The translations under genes were made by a program, and so were the position numbers. A stretch of DNA of 63,476 nucleotides, taken from IMG/VR virus record IMGVR_UViG_3300025894_000010, positions 1 through 63,476 of that record; one strand, written 5' to 3'. This document shows positions 18,201-29,900 of this stretch, one piece after another. Numbering within the stretch: the first letter of the stretch is position 1; every line of letters begins with the position of its first letter. The DNA is from a virus. Lineage: Duplodnaviria > Caudoviricetes. The notes below the pieces were generated by a model. It was not told where the DNA came from, did no database searches, and saw only the letters and a list, made by a program, of their open reading frames with translations.

Positions 18201-20727
18201 TAATGACGAAGATCTTTGGCAGTCTCGAGGTACTGTAGGCAGATGTGGAAAGCCCACAACTACCTCGCGAGACGCAGTTAACGCAATATCTCCTTATGCG
18301 TCAGAACGTGGTAGAACAGACACTCTTGGATTTGTACGAAGAGTTGTTCAAAACGACACATTAAGAATGCGAGTGGGAAGACGTTATATTGATCTTGCTT
18401 TGATACCTTGGATGAGATCACGTAAAGTCTACTTCAAGGCGCAAGGTCTTAAGCCTAACACTAAGTTCACTCCGTTTTTTGATGGCAAAGATGTATCTGC
18501 ATGGTGTAAAGAAGAAGCCTTTGTTCAGTTCTCTGACAGAACAGACGACAACGGAAACTTGTTTACTCAAAACACATTGACAGGTCACCCCGACACTGCG
18601 TCTGATTTGATCTCAGATGCCAACGGTAATGTTGAAGGATCATTCTTCATTCCTAATCTAAAGCCATCTTATTACTTGACGAAGAAGGGCAAAAGACGTA
18701 GAGTACTTCAGAACTATCTCAGGTTCAGATCCGGTATTCGTGAGTTTAAACTGCTTGATATTAATGTCAATGATTGGGCAGCCGCAGACAGCAAAGCATT
18801 TACATACTACAGTGTATTTGGTGCGATGTGGCACAAATATCGAAACATACTTACAACACGCGGTATGTCATATGCATGGCCATTATCAACTGGTTATGGT
18901 CTGTTTCCCAATGCTTTCAACCAGAAAGAACTCAGAAGAGCAGTCAATGAGGTATCTGCGGGCAGTGTTGGCTTGTATAAACCACAAGTCTCAGGTAGAT
19001 ATGGACCAGACACGACTCCTATTTCTACATTGTCAACATACAATGGAGAGATGGGACAAGTCATATCGGATTATGTGAATGTCAACAACAAGCAGTTTGC
19101 GGGCACAGCAATTATACCCACAAACTTACCACAGAATCCAATGGCACAAACGTTCTATGTGGACAATCCGTTTGGTCTAGTCCTTGCGAAAATAGGGTTG
19201 TTTTTCCAGACAAAAGATGATACACTGCCTATCTCTATTCATATCAGACCTGTTATAAATGGCAAACCTTCTGATAATGATATAGTTCCAGATTCACATG
19301 TATTTAAATCACCTAGTGAGATAAATGCGATTGGTCTGAGTCCTACGTTATCGGTTATCCAAGGTGGCGAAACATCGTTTGTATTTGATGAGCCTGTATT
19401 CTTACAACCTTGGACTCACTATGCAGTTGTGATCACATCACAATCTTCAAACTATAAGTTGTTTAGTGCGAAGACTCGTGAATCTGTGTTAGGTTCTACA
19501 GCAAGAACTGTGTCAACACAGCCTTCACCAGGATCTTTGTTCTTACCACAGAATGGTATTCACTGGTTTGAAGCAAAAGATCAAGACCTCATGATGAGAA
19601 TTGCACGAGCCAAGTTTAACTTAGGTGGTGGTACACTTATGTTAAAGAATGCGGATGCACCTAATGTTCTTCTTGACGATAATCCAATCCGATTGGTGAA
19701 TGACAGTACGGCAATGTATGTGAGAGCGCCTTGTAATGGTCTTCAAGCAGGTGATACTGTTCAAATTAGCGGTGCGACAGATATTACAGATGGTGTTGAA
19801 ACGTTAACTGCATCTAGTAATATTAATCAGATTCTTACCGTGGTCAAGGCTGACATCCACGGCTTCCAAGTAACATTAGGAGCAAAGTGGTTAGGTGAAA
19901 GTATGAGCGGTGGTGGTTCTGAGTGTATCACACAGCAAACACGAGTCTTTGATACTGCAAACCCAACCGTAGAGCAGATTATACCTGAAGGAACATCCGT
20001 TGACATGTCAGCACGATTCATCTCAGGTATTCATGCGAGCGGTGATGTAGCAAATCGTTTTCAGCCTGGTACTGGCTGGTTAACATCCAACTTTGAAAGG
20101 CTTACCGCTGATCAAAACATAAACTTTGATTCGCCGCGAGCAATCTATCACGCAGGTATCACCGAAACTGATAGCGGCATTGGTGGTGCGGTGGCTGGTA
20201 AAAACGCAAGTGCATATGTCAAGTTAGATTTGAAAACGACTAGTGATTATGTTTCACCTATTATTGATTTGCAACGAGCATCATTGACATTGGTAGAACA
20301 ATGCATTGATGATCCTGATCAAGCATCAGCAGATCAAACGATATCTGTGTGGTCTACAGATGAAACTGAACCCTCTGGCGGTAGTACCGGTTCCAAACAC
20401 ATCACAACACCGGTTACGTTGGAAGTCCCTGCTGTAGGTATAGATGTACAAGCAGATCTTTCGCTACCGCCTGGTTCAGGAGTAGACTTTTATTATAGAA
20501 CAGCAGTTGCAGGAGAAGATATTACTCTGAGCAACTGGATCTATAAGCCACCGGTATCATCAGTAGCAAATACTGCGGCTGGACAATTCACCCGAGCAAA
20601 CTATTTGCCAGGTGGTCAAGGTGGTTCTCTCAAAGAGTTCACTCAAGTCCAAACAAAGTATGTGATGAAAGGCACTATTGAATCGCCTGCCATTAGAGGT
20701 CTTAATATTAAGTATCTTGCTACTTAA
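15253..20727 (+). CDS. Large virion structural protein (VrlC/DUF4815-like)
   Basis: Y.DD..EDDNYHQILF..GRALQARELTQLQ, PGADRY, RT.EESGDY, DDGQRDNYY, YTM.DIGKLE, PMAQTF, SPIIDLQR. Confidence 0.8.
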   Translation: MASTFSSTTLSGTYNDDWTEDDNYHQILFNSGRALQARELTQLQTMIYQEMGRFGRNVFKEGVAVSAGNMDCITDTDFVKVTMTSGTFTDIPVGSVIQQNPENIRARVIAVKATGSGTVSAPITDNTLYIQYIDGASQPLSSEPVRFSSGVGKSLSVVGRSETMTATALTPTGFSTRFEVDAGEFFVLGRFVYSEPQSLILSPYTATFEGDIGFKVIQEVVTVNDSPALYDNAGDTPNTASPGADRYRITLQLTNKADLAADDTFVFLARVENGTIVEEVQESDSYNKIADAMALRTEEESGDYIVNPFTLDFDEIDGDTENLAVTIGAGTAYVSGYRVDNPSPIELIIPRSQAFESVPGEPVSVIYGNYVLLDSARDLPELDLGTVHNMYSDTNATELLGTTRVRAIDAASDNIKLYLFDFTFNTALSLGDSDLGKLRSIKDPAATGKYAIRNETGTDAFLNGATDNDLLMPTARPRLKATSTAAADGGFLSTAQYSQTFTVSTGSFSLTQLGNGSGPRRYSDKEFWLIAKTDGTEAAFTPTVTEAMPSYDATITGLSNVEYRLIYYIQDTETAKKTKTFTTSTAATYAVTNGVVDLGVPDVQQVSLITKGTVAGGIDVSDRFVLDDGQRDNYYDYSRLILKEGETDPGDVWVQYTYWAHSGVGGFYSPESYAGATYADIPEHTTADGTVIDLRNYLDLRPDKSSSGVFTNIMALPRSGTAFLGKIDYWLPRADKLIATKSGEIQMLLGQQSRDPQLKPTPENSMELYQVLMNANTADADDLQTRAIEHKHYTMADIGKLENKIDDLRTYTEFNIAELRAFHTPSLDSAGEERADAGLSIDLGDDQTGSDTENDDYAASIDPENQLIRPKANEDNIRLICEPNYGTVNPTIPGTDPGILKKGDNVYLSYDSDEWKFQSLASRSVNPNPFGRVDNVGVIKLSPSSDEWKDSKEDAIKALRGAGKLDVKQAFLWNNWQWNWKGRNDEDLWQSRGTVGRCGKPTTTSRDAVNAISPYASERGRTDTLGFVRRVVQNDTLRMRVGRRYIDLALIPWMRSRKVYFKAQGLKPNTKFTPFFDGKDVSAWCKEEAFVQFSDRTDDNGNLFTQNTLTGHPDTASDLISDANGNVEGSFFIPNLKPSYYLTKKGKRRRVLQNYLRFRSGIREFKLLDINVNDWAAADSKAFTYYSVFGAMWHKYRNILTTRGMSYAWPLSTGYGLFPNAFNQKELRRAVNEVSAGSVGLYKPQVSGRYGPDTTPISTLSTYNGEMGQVISDYVNVNNKQFAGTAIIPTNLPQNPMAQTFYVDNPFGLVLAKIGLFFQTKDDTLPISIHIRPVINGKPSDNDIVPDSHVFKSPSEINAIGLSPTLSVIQGGETSFVFDEPVFLQPWTHYAVVITSQSSNYKLFSAKTRESVLGSTARTVSTQPSPGSLFLPQNGIHWFEAKDQDLMMRIARAKFNLGGGTLMLKNADAPNVLLDDNPIRLVNDSTAMYVRAPCNGLQAGDTVQISGATDITDGVETLTASSNINQILTVVKADIHGFQVTLGAKWLGESMSGGGSECITQQTRVFDTANPTVEQIIPEGTSVDMSARFISGIHASGDVANRFQPGTGWLTSNFERLTADQNINFDSPRAIYHAGITETDSGIGGAVAGKNASAYVKLDLKTTSDYVSPIIDLQRASLTLVEQCIDDPDQASADQTISVWSTDETEPSGGSTGSKHITTPVTLEVPAVGIDVQADLSLPPGSGVDFYYRTAVAGEDITLSNWIYKPPVSSVANTAAGQFTRANYLPGGQGGSLKEFTQVQTKYVMKGTIESPAIRGLNIKYLAT

Positions 20728-20954
20728 TGAGGGATCTAATTGAAGTTCGAGGATATCCCGGGCTAGTTCGCGACACCGAAACCAATACAATATTAAATGT
20801 AGATGTTAAAAAGGTAGAACTAGCCCGGGCTAAGAAATTAGCCCGTCAAAAACAATCTCAAAAGCAAGAATTAATAGAGACTCGCCTGAGTAGTATGGAG
20901 ACGGATATGAAAGATATAAAAGATCTGCTCACACTGCTCACCAAAAACTTATAA
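20727..20954 (+). CDS. Small coiled-coil protein following the VrlC-like gene
   Basis: V.GYPGLVRD..TN.ILN followed by a heptad C-terminus; start overlaps the upstream stop. Confidence 0.75.
   Translation: MRDLIEVRGYPGLVRDTETNTILNVDVKKVELARAKKLARQKQSQKQELIETRLSSMETDMKDIKDLLTLLTKNL
20757..20845 (+). repeat. Nested inverted repeats (13-bp arms plus an 8-bp GAAA-tetraloop hairpin)
   Basis: CCCGGGCTAGTTC (20757-69) pairs with GAACTAGCCCGGG (20817-29); CGGGCTAA-GAAA-TTAGCCCG (20826-45). Confidence 0.85.
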
Positions 20955-20957
20955 ATA
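20950..20957 (+). promoter_or_regulatory. Late promoter TATAAATA for the giant repeat-fibre operon
   Basis: Exact consensus 30 nt before the GTG start. Confidence 0.75.
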
Positions 20958-20987
20958 GCAGTAATGATTTTATAAGATTGGTATAAC

Positions 20988-23900
20988 GTGTCTTCAAGAC
21001 CTTTTAGATTTTCAAATTCTTTAGCCAATGATGGTGCGGTCAAAGAATTTCTGGTATCCGAAGAAGATTGGTTAGCCTATCGTGCGGGTCTATATCTAAG
21101 TAATATTACCACCACTGAAGCAAGTTCACTCACATCTGGTCAAACAGCGAACAGTGTGGACGTTGGTACGTACATTGATACCTTCTATGATGAGAATGCG
21201 GCGAGTGATCCACCTGTTACAAGAACACGAAACTATACAGTAGATGTTAGGTCCGTAGGTGGTGGTCATACCAATACATTTAGAAATCCCGTTGAGTTTC
21301 CACCGTTATGTTATGATGATGATACGATTATTATCAATGTCATCTTTGATACCGAAACTGCACCTACGGGCAATGGGTTTGAAGAACTTCAAGCCAGTTT
21401 AACGTTTAATACCAGTCCCGCTTATATTGTCACTAATGTCACTGCGACACCTGCCGCATCAAATATTAATGGTAATGTTGTCACCTGGGAGAAGTTTACC
21501 AATCCACGTTTAAAGGGTCAGTTCACCGCAACATATGAGATATCATTTACTCAGAACGTTGGCCTCTTTCAAGCGACTCTTGATGTATCATCACAAGATT
21601 CTGAAAACACACCCGCACAGGTAAGTTCTTCTTTTGTTGGAACAACACGGGTAGAAGATAGAAATGCGCCTGGCGCAAGCACCATATCTCATCCGCTATA
21701 CCAAAACAACAATCAAATACCTCTTCAGACAAGTAGTGAGAAAAGAAATCCAGTTTATTTTGATCGTGTGAGAAACGGTCTGAAAGAAATGAATGATAAT
21801 GAACTAGAAGTGATGTGCGCACGAGTCATTTCTAACATTATGCAGAATGAAAGACCTGGTACGTACAGACTCTCCAACGAAGCGCCTAGTGCTGACTACA
21901 CAGCCTATCTTGAAAACATCTTTACTGATACTCGGTCAGACGGTACTGCGATAACATACAGCATATACATCAAGACTTCAGATATAGTACCGACAGAAAT
22001 AAGACCACTTGCAATCAAACGCAAGAACGATAATGTATTTGAAGCATTGCAAGAGATGACTGTACCTCAGATTGACTTCACTTTAGGTGAACGATCTAAA
22101 AAAGTCATTATGGACACGGGCATTGGTACCTATCAGTTAAGAAGCAGTGCGCAAGGTGCTCCCACAGATACTGGTGTATGGCAACCCAGAGGCAAAGCCG
22201 TTGACTCGCGATTAAATTATGACTTTGCGGGTGGCTATGAGGGTGATCGGACCGAAGAATTCCAATATGAGTCTGAATATCAGGCAACCTATATCGGCAC
22301 TTATGTGGCTTCATATGAGGGCATTTATGTTAGTGAATATGAATCAGAGTATATCGCCTCTTATGTAGGTACATACACTACAGAGTATGAAGGTTCATAT
22401 GTCGGTGAATACATTTCAGGATACACGGGTTCGTACATCTCCGAATATGTGTCTGTGTATGAGGCACTCTATACAACTTCATATGAAGGATCATATCTTG
22501 GTCAGTATGACGGCGCAATTGATGTAGAGTTTTTCTCTGACAAGTATGAAGGTTTACCTGTTGAGGAAGTCTATGAGCAACAATTCTATACGGGTACAGT
22601 GTATGATTCAACCTATACAACCACCTATGATTCCAGTTATACAACTGGATACGAGTCTACTTATGAAGGAATTTACACAGGTCAAATAGAAGAGACCTAT
22701 GAAGGATTCTATGAAGGCGATATTGCTGAACAATATATTGCCACTTACGTCGGACAAGTTGAAGAGTCTTACGCAACGACATATACTGGTCAAGTGCCTG
22801 AACAATATACCACACGATATGCTGGACAGATTGCTGAAGATTATGTGGGTGCATACACCGGTCAAGTCATAGAAGACTATACCACGTCTTATGTTGGCCA
22901 AGTACCCGAACAGTATGAAACTGCTTACACCGGTGGTGTTCCTGAACAATATGTCGGTGCATACACTGGTCAAGTCATAGAAGACTATACCACTGCTTAC
23001 GTGGGTCAAGTGCCAGAACAATATGAAACAGCATATACAGGTCAAGTGCCTGAGCAATATGTCGGTGCATACACAGGTCAAGTGCCTGAGCAATATGTAG
23101 GAGCGTACACTGGTCAAGTACCCGAACAGTACGTCGGTGCTTATGTTGGTCAGGTAGAGGAAGATTATACAACTGCTTATGTTGGTCAAGTGCCTGAGCA
23201 ATATGTTGGCGCATACATCGGTCAAGTACCCGAACAATACACAACAGGTTACACGGGTCAAGTACCCGAAGATTATGTTGGCGCATACATCGGTCAAGTA
23301 CCCGAGCAATATGTTGGGGCATACTCTGGACAGATACCCGAAGATTATGTCGGCTCTTATATCGGTCAGATACCCGAAGATTATGTTGGTGCATATCAAG
23401 GTGAAATACCCGAAGATTATGTTGGATCATATGTTGGTCAGATAGCAGAACAATATGCGACATCTTACGTAGGTCAAGTACCCGAGGATTATATTGGCGC
23501 TTATGTCGGTCAGATAGAAGAAGATTATGTTGGCGCTTATGTCGGTCAGATAGAAGAAGATTATGTTGGCGCTTACGTTGGTCAGATAGCAGAACAATAT
23601 ACGACTGGATACACGGGTCAAGTACCCGAAGATTATGTTGGCGCATATACTGGTCAAGTTCCTGAAGATTATGTAGGCGCATATGTCGGTCAAATAGCAG
23701 AACAATATGCAACATCTTACGTTGGTCAAATAGCCGAAGATTATGTTGGTGCATATACTGGTCAAGTACCCGAGCAATATGTAACATCTTATGTCGGTCA
23801 AGTGCCCGAAGATTATGTCGGTGCTTATGTCGGTCAAGTACCCGAACAGTATGAAACTGCTTACACCGGTGGTGTTCCTGAACAATATGTTGGTGCATAT

Positions 23901-26900
23901 ACAGGTCAAGTACCAGAACAATATGTTGGCGCTTACGTTGGACAAGTGCCCGAGCAATACACAACGTCTTATGTTGGTCAGGTAGAGGAATATTACACAA
24001 CTGCTTACGTTGGACAAGTGCCCGAGCAATATGTGGGTGCATACATTGGTCAAATAGCAAAACAATATGTAACATCATATGTCGGTCAAGTACCCGAAGA
24101 TTATGTCGGTGCTTATGTTGGTCAAGTGCCAGAACAATATGTTGGTGCTTACGTCGGTCAAATAGAAGAGTTTTACACAACAGGTTACACGGGTCAAGTA
24201 CCCGAAGATTATGTTGGCGCATATACTGGCCAAGTTCCTGAAGATTATGTAGGCGCATATGTCGGTCAGATTCCTGAGCAATACACAACGTCTTATGTTG
24301 GTCAGATTCCTGAGCAATATATTGGCGCTTATGTTGGACAGATAGAGGAAGATTACACAACATCATATGTCGGTCAAGTGCCCGAAGATTATGTCGGTGC
24401 TTATGTTGGTCAGATTCCTGAGCAATACACAACAGCATATGTTGGTCAAGTACCCGAACAATACACAACGTCTTATGTTGGTCAGGTAGAAGAAGTTTAT
24501 GGTGCTGAGTACATTGGTCAAGTTCCTGAAGATTATGTTGGCTCTTACATAGGTCAAGTACCAGAAAACTACTTGGCTCAATATGAAGGTCAAATATCTA
24601 AACCATATTCAGCAGAATATACCGGTCAAGTACCCGAAACTTACTTTGGAACTTACTCAAGAAACTTTGAAGGCACTTATAGCCGAAACTTTGAAGGCAC
24701 TTATGGCGGTCAGTACTCACGAGACTTTGTAGGGCAGTATTCAAGAAACTTTGAAGGCAATTATATTGGTCAATACGCTAGAGACTTTGTAGGGCAGTAT
24801 TCAAGAAACTTTGAAGGCAATTATATTGGTCAATATGCTAGAAACTTTGCAGGCACTTTTAGTCGAAACTTTGAAGGCACCTACATCGGACAGTATTCAC
24901 GATTGTTTGCGGGGCAGTATGCACGAAACTTTGAAGGCAATTATATAGGGCAGTATTCTCGAAACTTTGCAGGCGTATATTCAAGAAACTTTGAAGGAAG
25001 TTATGTTGGTCAGTATAGTAGAAACTTTGCAGGCACTTATAGTCGAAACTTTGAAGGTACCTATGGTGGTCAATACTCACGAGACTTTGTTGGTCAATAC
25101 GCACGAGCCTTTATTGGTCAATACACGGGCACATACGCACGAAACTTTGAAGGAAGTTATTCTCGGGCCTTTGAAGGCAATTATATAGGCACATACTCGC
25201 GAAACTTTGCGGGTAACTATCTAAACAACTTCGCTGGTCAGTATACTGGTGCGTATAGTAGAAACTTTCTAGGCAACTACGCACGAAACTTTGAAGGAAG
25301 TTATGTTGGTCAGTATAGTAGAAACTTTGCGGGTAACTATGCCAGAAACTTTGCGGGTACATATACTGGTACCTATTCCCGAAACTTTCTTGGTAATTAT
25401 GCCAGAAACTTTTCTGGTCAATACACTGGGACATACTCTCGAAACTTTCTTGGTAACTACTCACGAAACTTTGCTGGACAATACACTGGCACATACTCCC
25501 GAAACTTTCTTGGTAATTATGCCAGAAACTTTTCTGGTCAATACACTGGCACATACTCTCGAAACTTTCTAGGCAACTACGCACGAAACTTCGCTGGTCA
25601 GTATACCGGCAATTATGCCAGAAACTTTGCTGGTCAATACGCGCGAGAGTTTTTGGGTAATTATCTTGGTAACTATGCCCGAAACTTTACTGGTTTCTAT
25701 GCTCGAACCTTTCTAGGCGCTTATGTGGGCAACTACTCACGAAACTTTGCTGGTAACTATGCCAGAAACTTTACTGGTCAATATACGGGCAACTACGCAG
25801 GAAACTTTACTGGTAACTATGCCAGAAACTTTGCTGGTCAGTATACTGGTAACTATGCCAGAAACTTTTTAGGTAACTATGCCAGAAACTTCGCTGGACA
25901 ATACACCGGTAACTACGCTAGAAACTTTTTAGGCAACTACGCTCGAAACTTTGCGGGTCAATATACTGGTCAGTATAGTAGAAACTTTTCTGGACAATAT
26001 ACTGGTCAGTATAGTAGAAATATTACTAACAACAATACGCCTGCAGGCAGTGCTACAATAACTATCGGCTTGACCCCCAACCCTTATGTGTCCGATGAAT
26101 ATGGTTATATGTTCGGTGGCGGCTCTGGATCTATTAGTCCATCATCGTTTTCGTTTGGTATTCCATCTGTCACCATGTATAATTTTAGTAAATTTGTACC
26201 AATCGGCGCGCCGCAGAACCTGCCCATAATCAGGGTATCGGCGGGGGGTACTCACCCTCAGTTCACCTTTACTCGTGTTCAGATAGTAGGTGCAAGTGGT
26301 ACTCATCCGACAGGACCTTACTCAAGCCCCACAAAGAACTTATATACTTCTCCCAGTTTTGGTAGTGGACCCGCCGGCGGTTATTTTGTGAGTACCCCAC
26401 CCTTCGGGCCCAGCCCTCTGACCAATTGGACGTGGTCAGTGCCGTACCCATTCGGAGGTTGGACTGACAGTTTTGATAACCCCGTAGGAACATCATTTGG
26501 TATCAATTTCTTTGCACAGTCAACTACGAGCCAAAACTTTTCTGGACAATATACTGGTCAGTATAGTAGAAACTTTTCTGGTCAATACACCGGTAACTAC
26601 GCTAGAAACTTTGCGGGTAATTATGCCAGAAACTTTGCTGGTCAGTATACCGGTAACTACGCCAGAAACTTTGCGGGTAATTATGCCAGAAACTTCGCCG
26701 GTCAGTATACCGGCAACTATGCCAGAAACTTTGCAGGTAACTATGCCAGAAACTTTGCGGGTACATATGCTGGTAACTATGCTCGAAACTTCTTAGGTAA
26801 CTATGCCAGAAACTTCGCTGGCGCTTACGTTGGCGGCTATGCCAGATTCTTTCTTGGTCAGTATAGTAGAAACTTTGCTGGTAATTATCTTGGCGCATAC

Positions 26901-29900
26901 ACCCGAAACTTTACTGGTAACTATTCTCGTCAGTTTGCTGGTCAATACACCGGTAACTACGCTAGAAACTTTGCAGGTAACTATTTAAACAATTTTGCTG
27001 GTCAATATACTGGTCAGTATAGTAGAAACTTTGCGGGTAATTATTTAAACAATTTTGCGGGACAATATACTGGCAACTACGCACGAAACTTTGCGGGTAA
27101 CTATCTAAACAACTTTGCTGGTCAATATACTGGTCAGTATAGTAGAAACTTTGCGGGTAACTATCTAAACAACTTTTCTGGTCAATACACCGGTAACTAC
27201 GCTAGAAACTTTCTTGGTAATTATGCCAGAAACTTTCAAGGCACTTATATTGGTCAGTATAGTAGAAACTTTGCGGGTAACTATGCAAGACAGTTTTTTG
27301 GTCAATACACCGGCAACTACGCACGAAACTTTCTAGGCAACTATTTAAACAACTTTTCTGGTTCATATTTAGGTTCGTATTCAAGAGTCTTCATAGGACA
27401 GTATTCAAACAACTTTGCTGGACAATATACTGGTGCGTATAGTAGAAACTTTGCAGGTACGTATAGTAGGCAGTTCGGTGGTAATTACATTGGTCAATAC
27501 TCTCGAAACTTTGTAGGACAGTATGCACGAAACTTTGAAGGCACTTATACTGGTCAATACGCACGAGATTTTACAGGTGAATATGCACGAAACTTTGAAG
27601 GCACTTATACTGGACAATACGCACGAAACTTCACTGGTAACTATTCAAGAAACTTTGAAGGTTCGTATACGGGTCAATATGTTAGAGACTTTGTAGGACA
27701 GTATTCAAGAAACTTTGAAGGCACTTATACTGGTCAATACGCCCGAAACTTCACTGGTACGTATACACGAAACTTTGAAGGCACTTATACTGGACAATAC
27801 GCACGAAACTTCACTGGTACGTATAGTAGGCAGTTCGGTGGTAATTACATTGGTCAATACTCTCGAAACTTTGTTGGTCAGTATTCACGCGACTTCATTG
27901 GTGGCTATGAGGGCTTTTATGAAAGAACTCAATCTATTACTTACGTTGGAGAATACGAACGACAAGAGAGTGTTGTTTACCAGGGCTTGTATGAACGTCA
28001 ACAAGACATTACATACCAAGGGCTTTACGAAAGAAGTCAGACCATAGGATATCAAGGCTTATATGAACGCCAACAGGATATTACCTATGAAGGCTTGTAT
28101 GAACGTCAACAGGACATCACATACGAAGGTCTCTACGAACGCCAGCAGGATATTACATACACTGGACTCTATGAACGTCAACAGGATATTACATACACGG
28201 GCTTCTACGAACGTCAACAAGATGCTACCTATGAGGGCTTGTACGAACGTCAACAGGATATCACATACGAAGGTCTTTACGAACGCCAGCAAGATATTAC
28301 CTACACTGGATTGTATGAGCGAACTCAAGAGATCACTTATACTGGACTTTACGAAAGAACTCAAGGTATAACGTACACGGGATTTTATGAAAGACAGCAG
28401 GATCTAACGTATGAAGGTCTTTATGAACGCCAGCAGGATATCACATACACTGGATTGTATGAGCGCCAGCAGGATATTACTTATGAAGGCTTGTACGAAC
28501 GCCAGCAAGATATCACATATGAAGGTCTCTATGAGAGACAACAAGATATCACCTACTCGGGCTTATACGAACGCCAGCAGGATATCACTTACGAGGGTCT
28601 TTATGAACGTCAACAGGACATCACTTATGAAGGCGCTTACGAAAGAACACAGGAAATAACTTACGAAGGTATCTACGGTCGTACTCAAAACATAACTTAT
28701 GAAGGTTTGTACGAACGCCAGCAGGATATTACTTATGAAGGCTTGTATGAACGTCAACAGGATATCACTTATGAAGGCGCTTACGAACGAACAGAAGAGA
28801 TAACGTACACCGGCTTGTACGAAAGACAACAAGACATAACTTATGAAGGTTTGTACGAACGTCAACAGGACATCACATACGTTGGATTATACGAACGAAC
28901 AGAAGAGATAACGTACACAGGTCTGTATGAAAGAACTCAAGGTATAACCTACGAAGGTTTCTATGAACGTCAACAAGACATTACATACACTGGCTTGTAC
29001 GAACGTCAGCAAGATATTACCTATCAAGGTTTCTATGAGCGGCAACAAGACACTACGTACACCGGATTATATGAGCGGCAACAAGACATTACTTATGAGG
29101 GTCTCTATGAGAGACAACAAGATATCACATACACTGGTTTGTATGAACGCCAGCAGGATATAACTTACACTGGATTATACGAACGCCAGCAGGATATAAC
29201 TTACACTGGATTATACGAAAGAAGTGAAGAAGTTACCTATGAGGGTCTCTATGAGAGACAACAAGATATCACATACACTGGTTTGTATGAACGAACTCAA
29301 GGTATAACGTATGAAGGCCTTTATGAGAGACAGCAGAACATAACGTATGAAGGTCTCTATGAAAGACAACAAGATATCACCTACACAGGTGCTTATGAAA
29401 GAACCGAAGAAATAACCTATGAAGGCTTATATGAAAGAACCGAAGAGATAACCTATGAAGGTTTGTATGAGCGAACTCAAGAGATCACTTATGAGGGTCT
29501 GTATGGTCGTACTCAAAACATAACTTACGAGGGTCTTTATGAACGACAGCAAGACATCACTTACTCTGGTGCTTACGAAAGAACGCAGGAAATAACTTAC
29601 GAAGGTATCTACGGTCGTACTCAAAACATAACTTACGAGGGTCTTTATGAACGACAGCAGGATATCACCTACTCAGGTGCTTACGAAAGAACTCAAGAGA
29701 TCACATACACTGGTCTCTATGAGCGACAGCAGGATATTACTTATGAAGGCTTGTACGAACGAACCGAAGGGATAACGTACACTGGATTTTATGAGCGATC
29801 ACAGGACACTACTTACGAAGGCTTGTACACTCGTGAATCGCCTGAAGAATACACTGGATTTTATGAGAGAGAATCTATAGAATCTTATGACGGTGAGATT

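Noticed and set aside
25982-26572. Diversity-generating retroelement or invertase shufflon at the tip domain
   Set aside because: No reverse transcriptase, recombinase or template/variable repeat pair in the window; the flanking repeats are direct, not inverted.
22608-29624. Long alternative-frame and antisense ORFs (e.g. 22975-24468, 497 aa)
   Set aside because: Shadow frames produced by stop-poor coding repeats; no RBS or promoter support and implausible composition.
22674-29885. 36-nt periodic repeats as a CRISPR array
   Set aside because: No unique spacers; variation is concentrated at synonymous positions within one open frame; no cas genes.
22674-29885. DNA-level inverted repeat explaining the protein symmetry
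   Set aside because: The 12-mer arms have different sequences on the same strand; the symmetry lies in unit order and covariation, not reverse complementarity.
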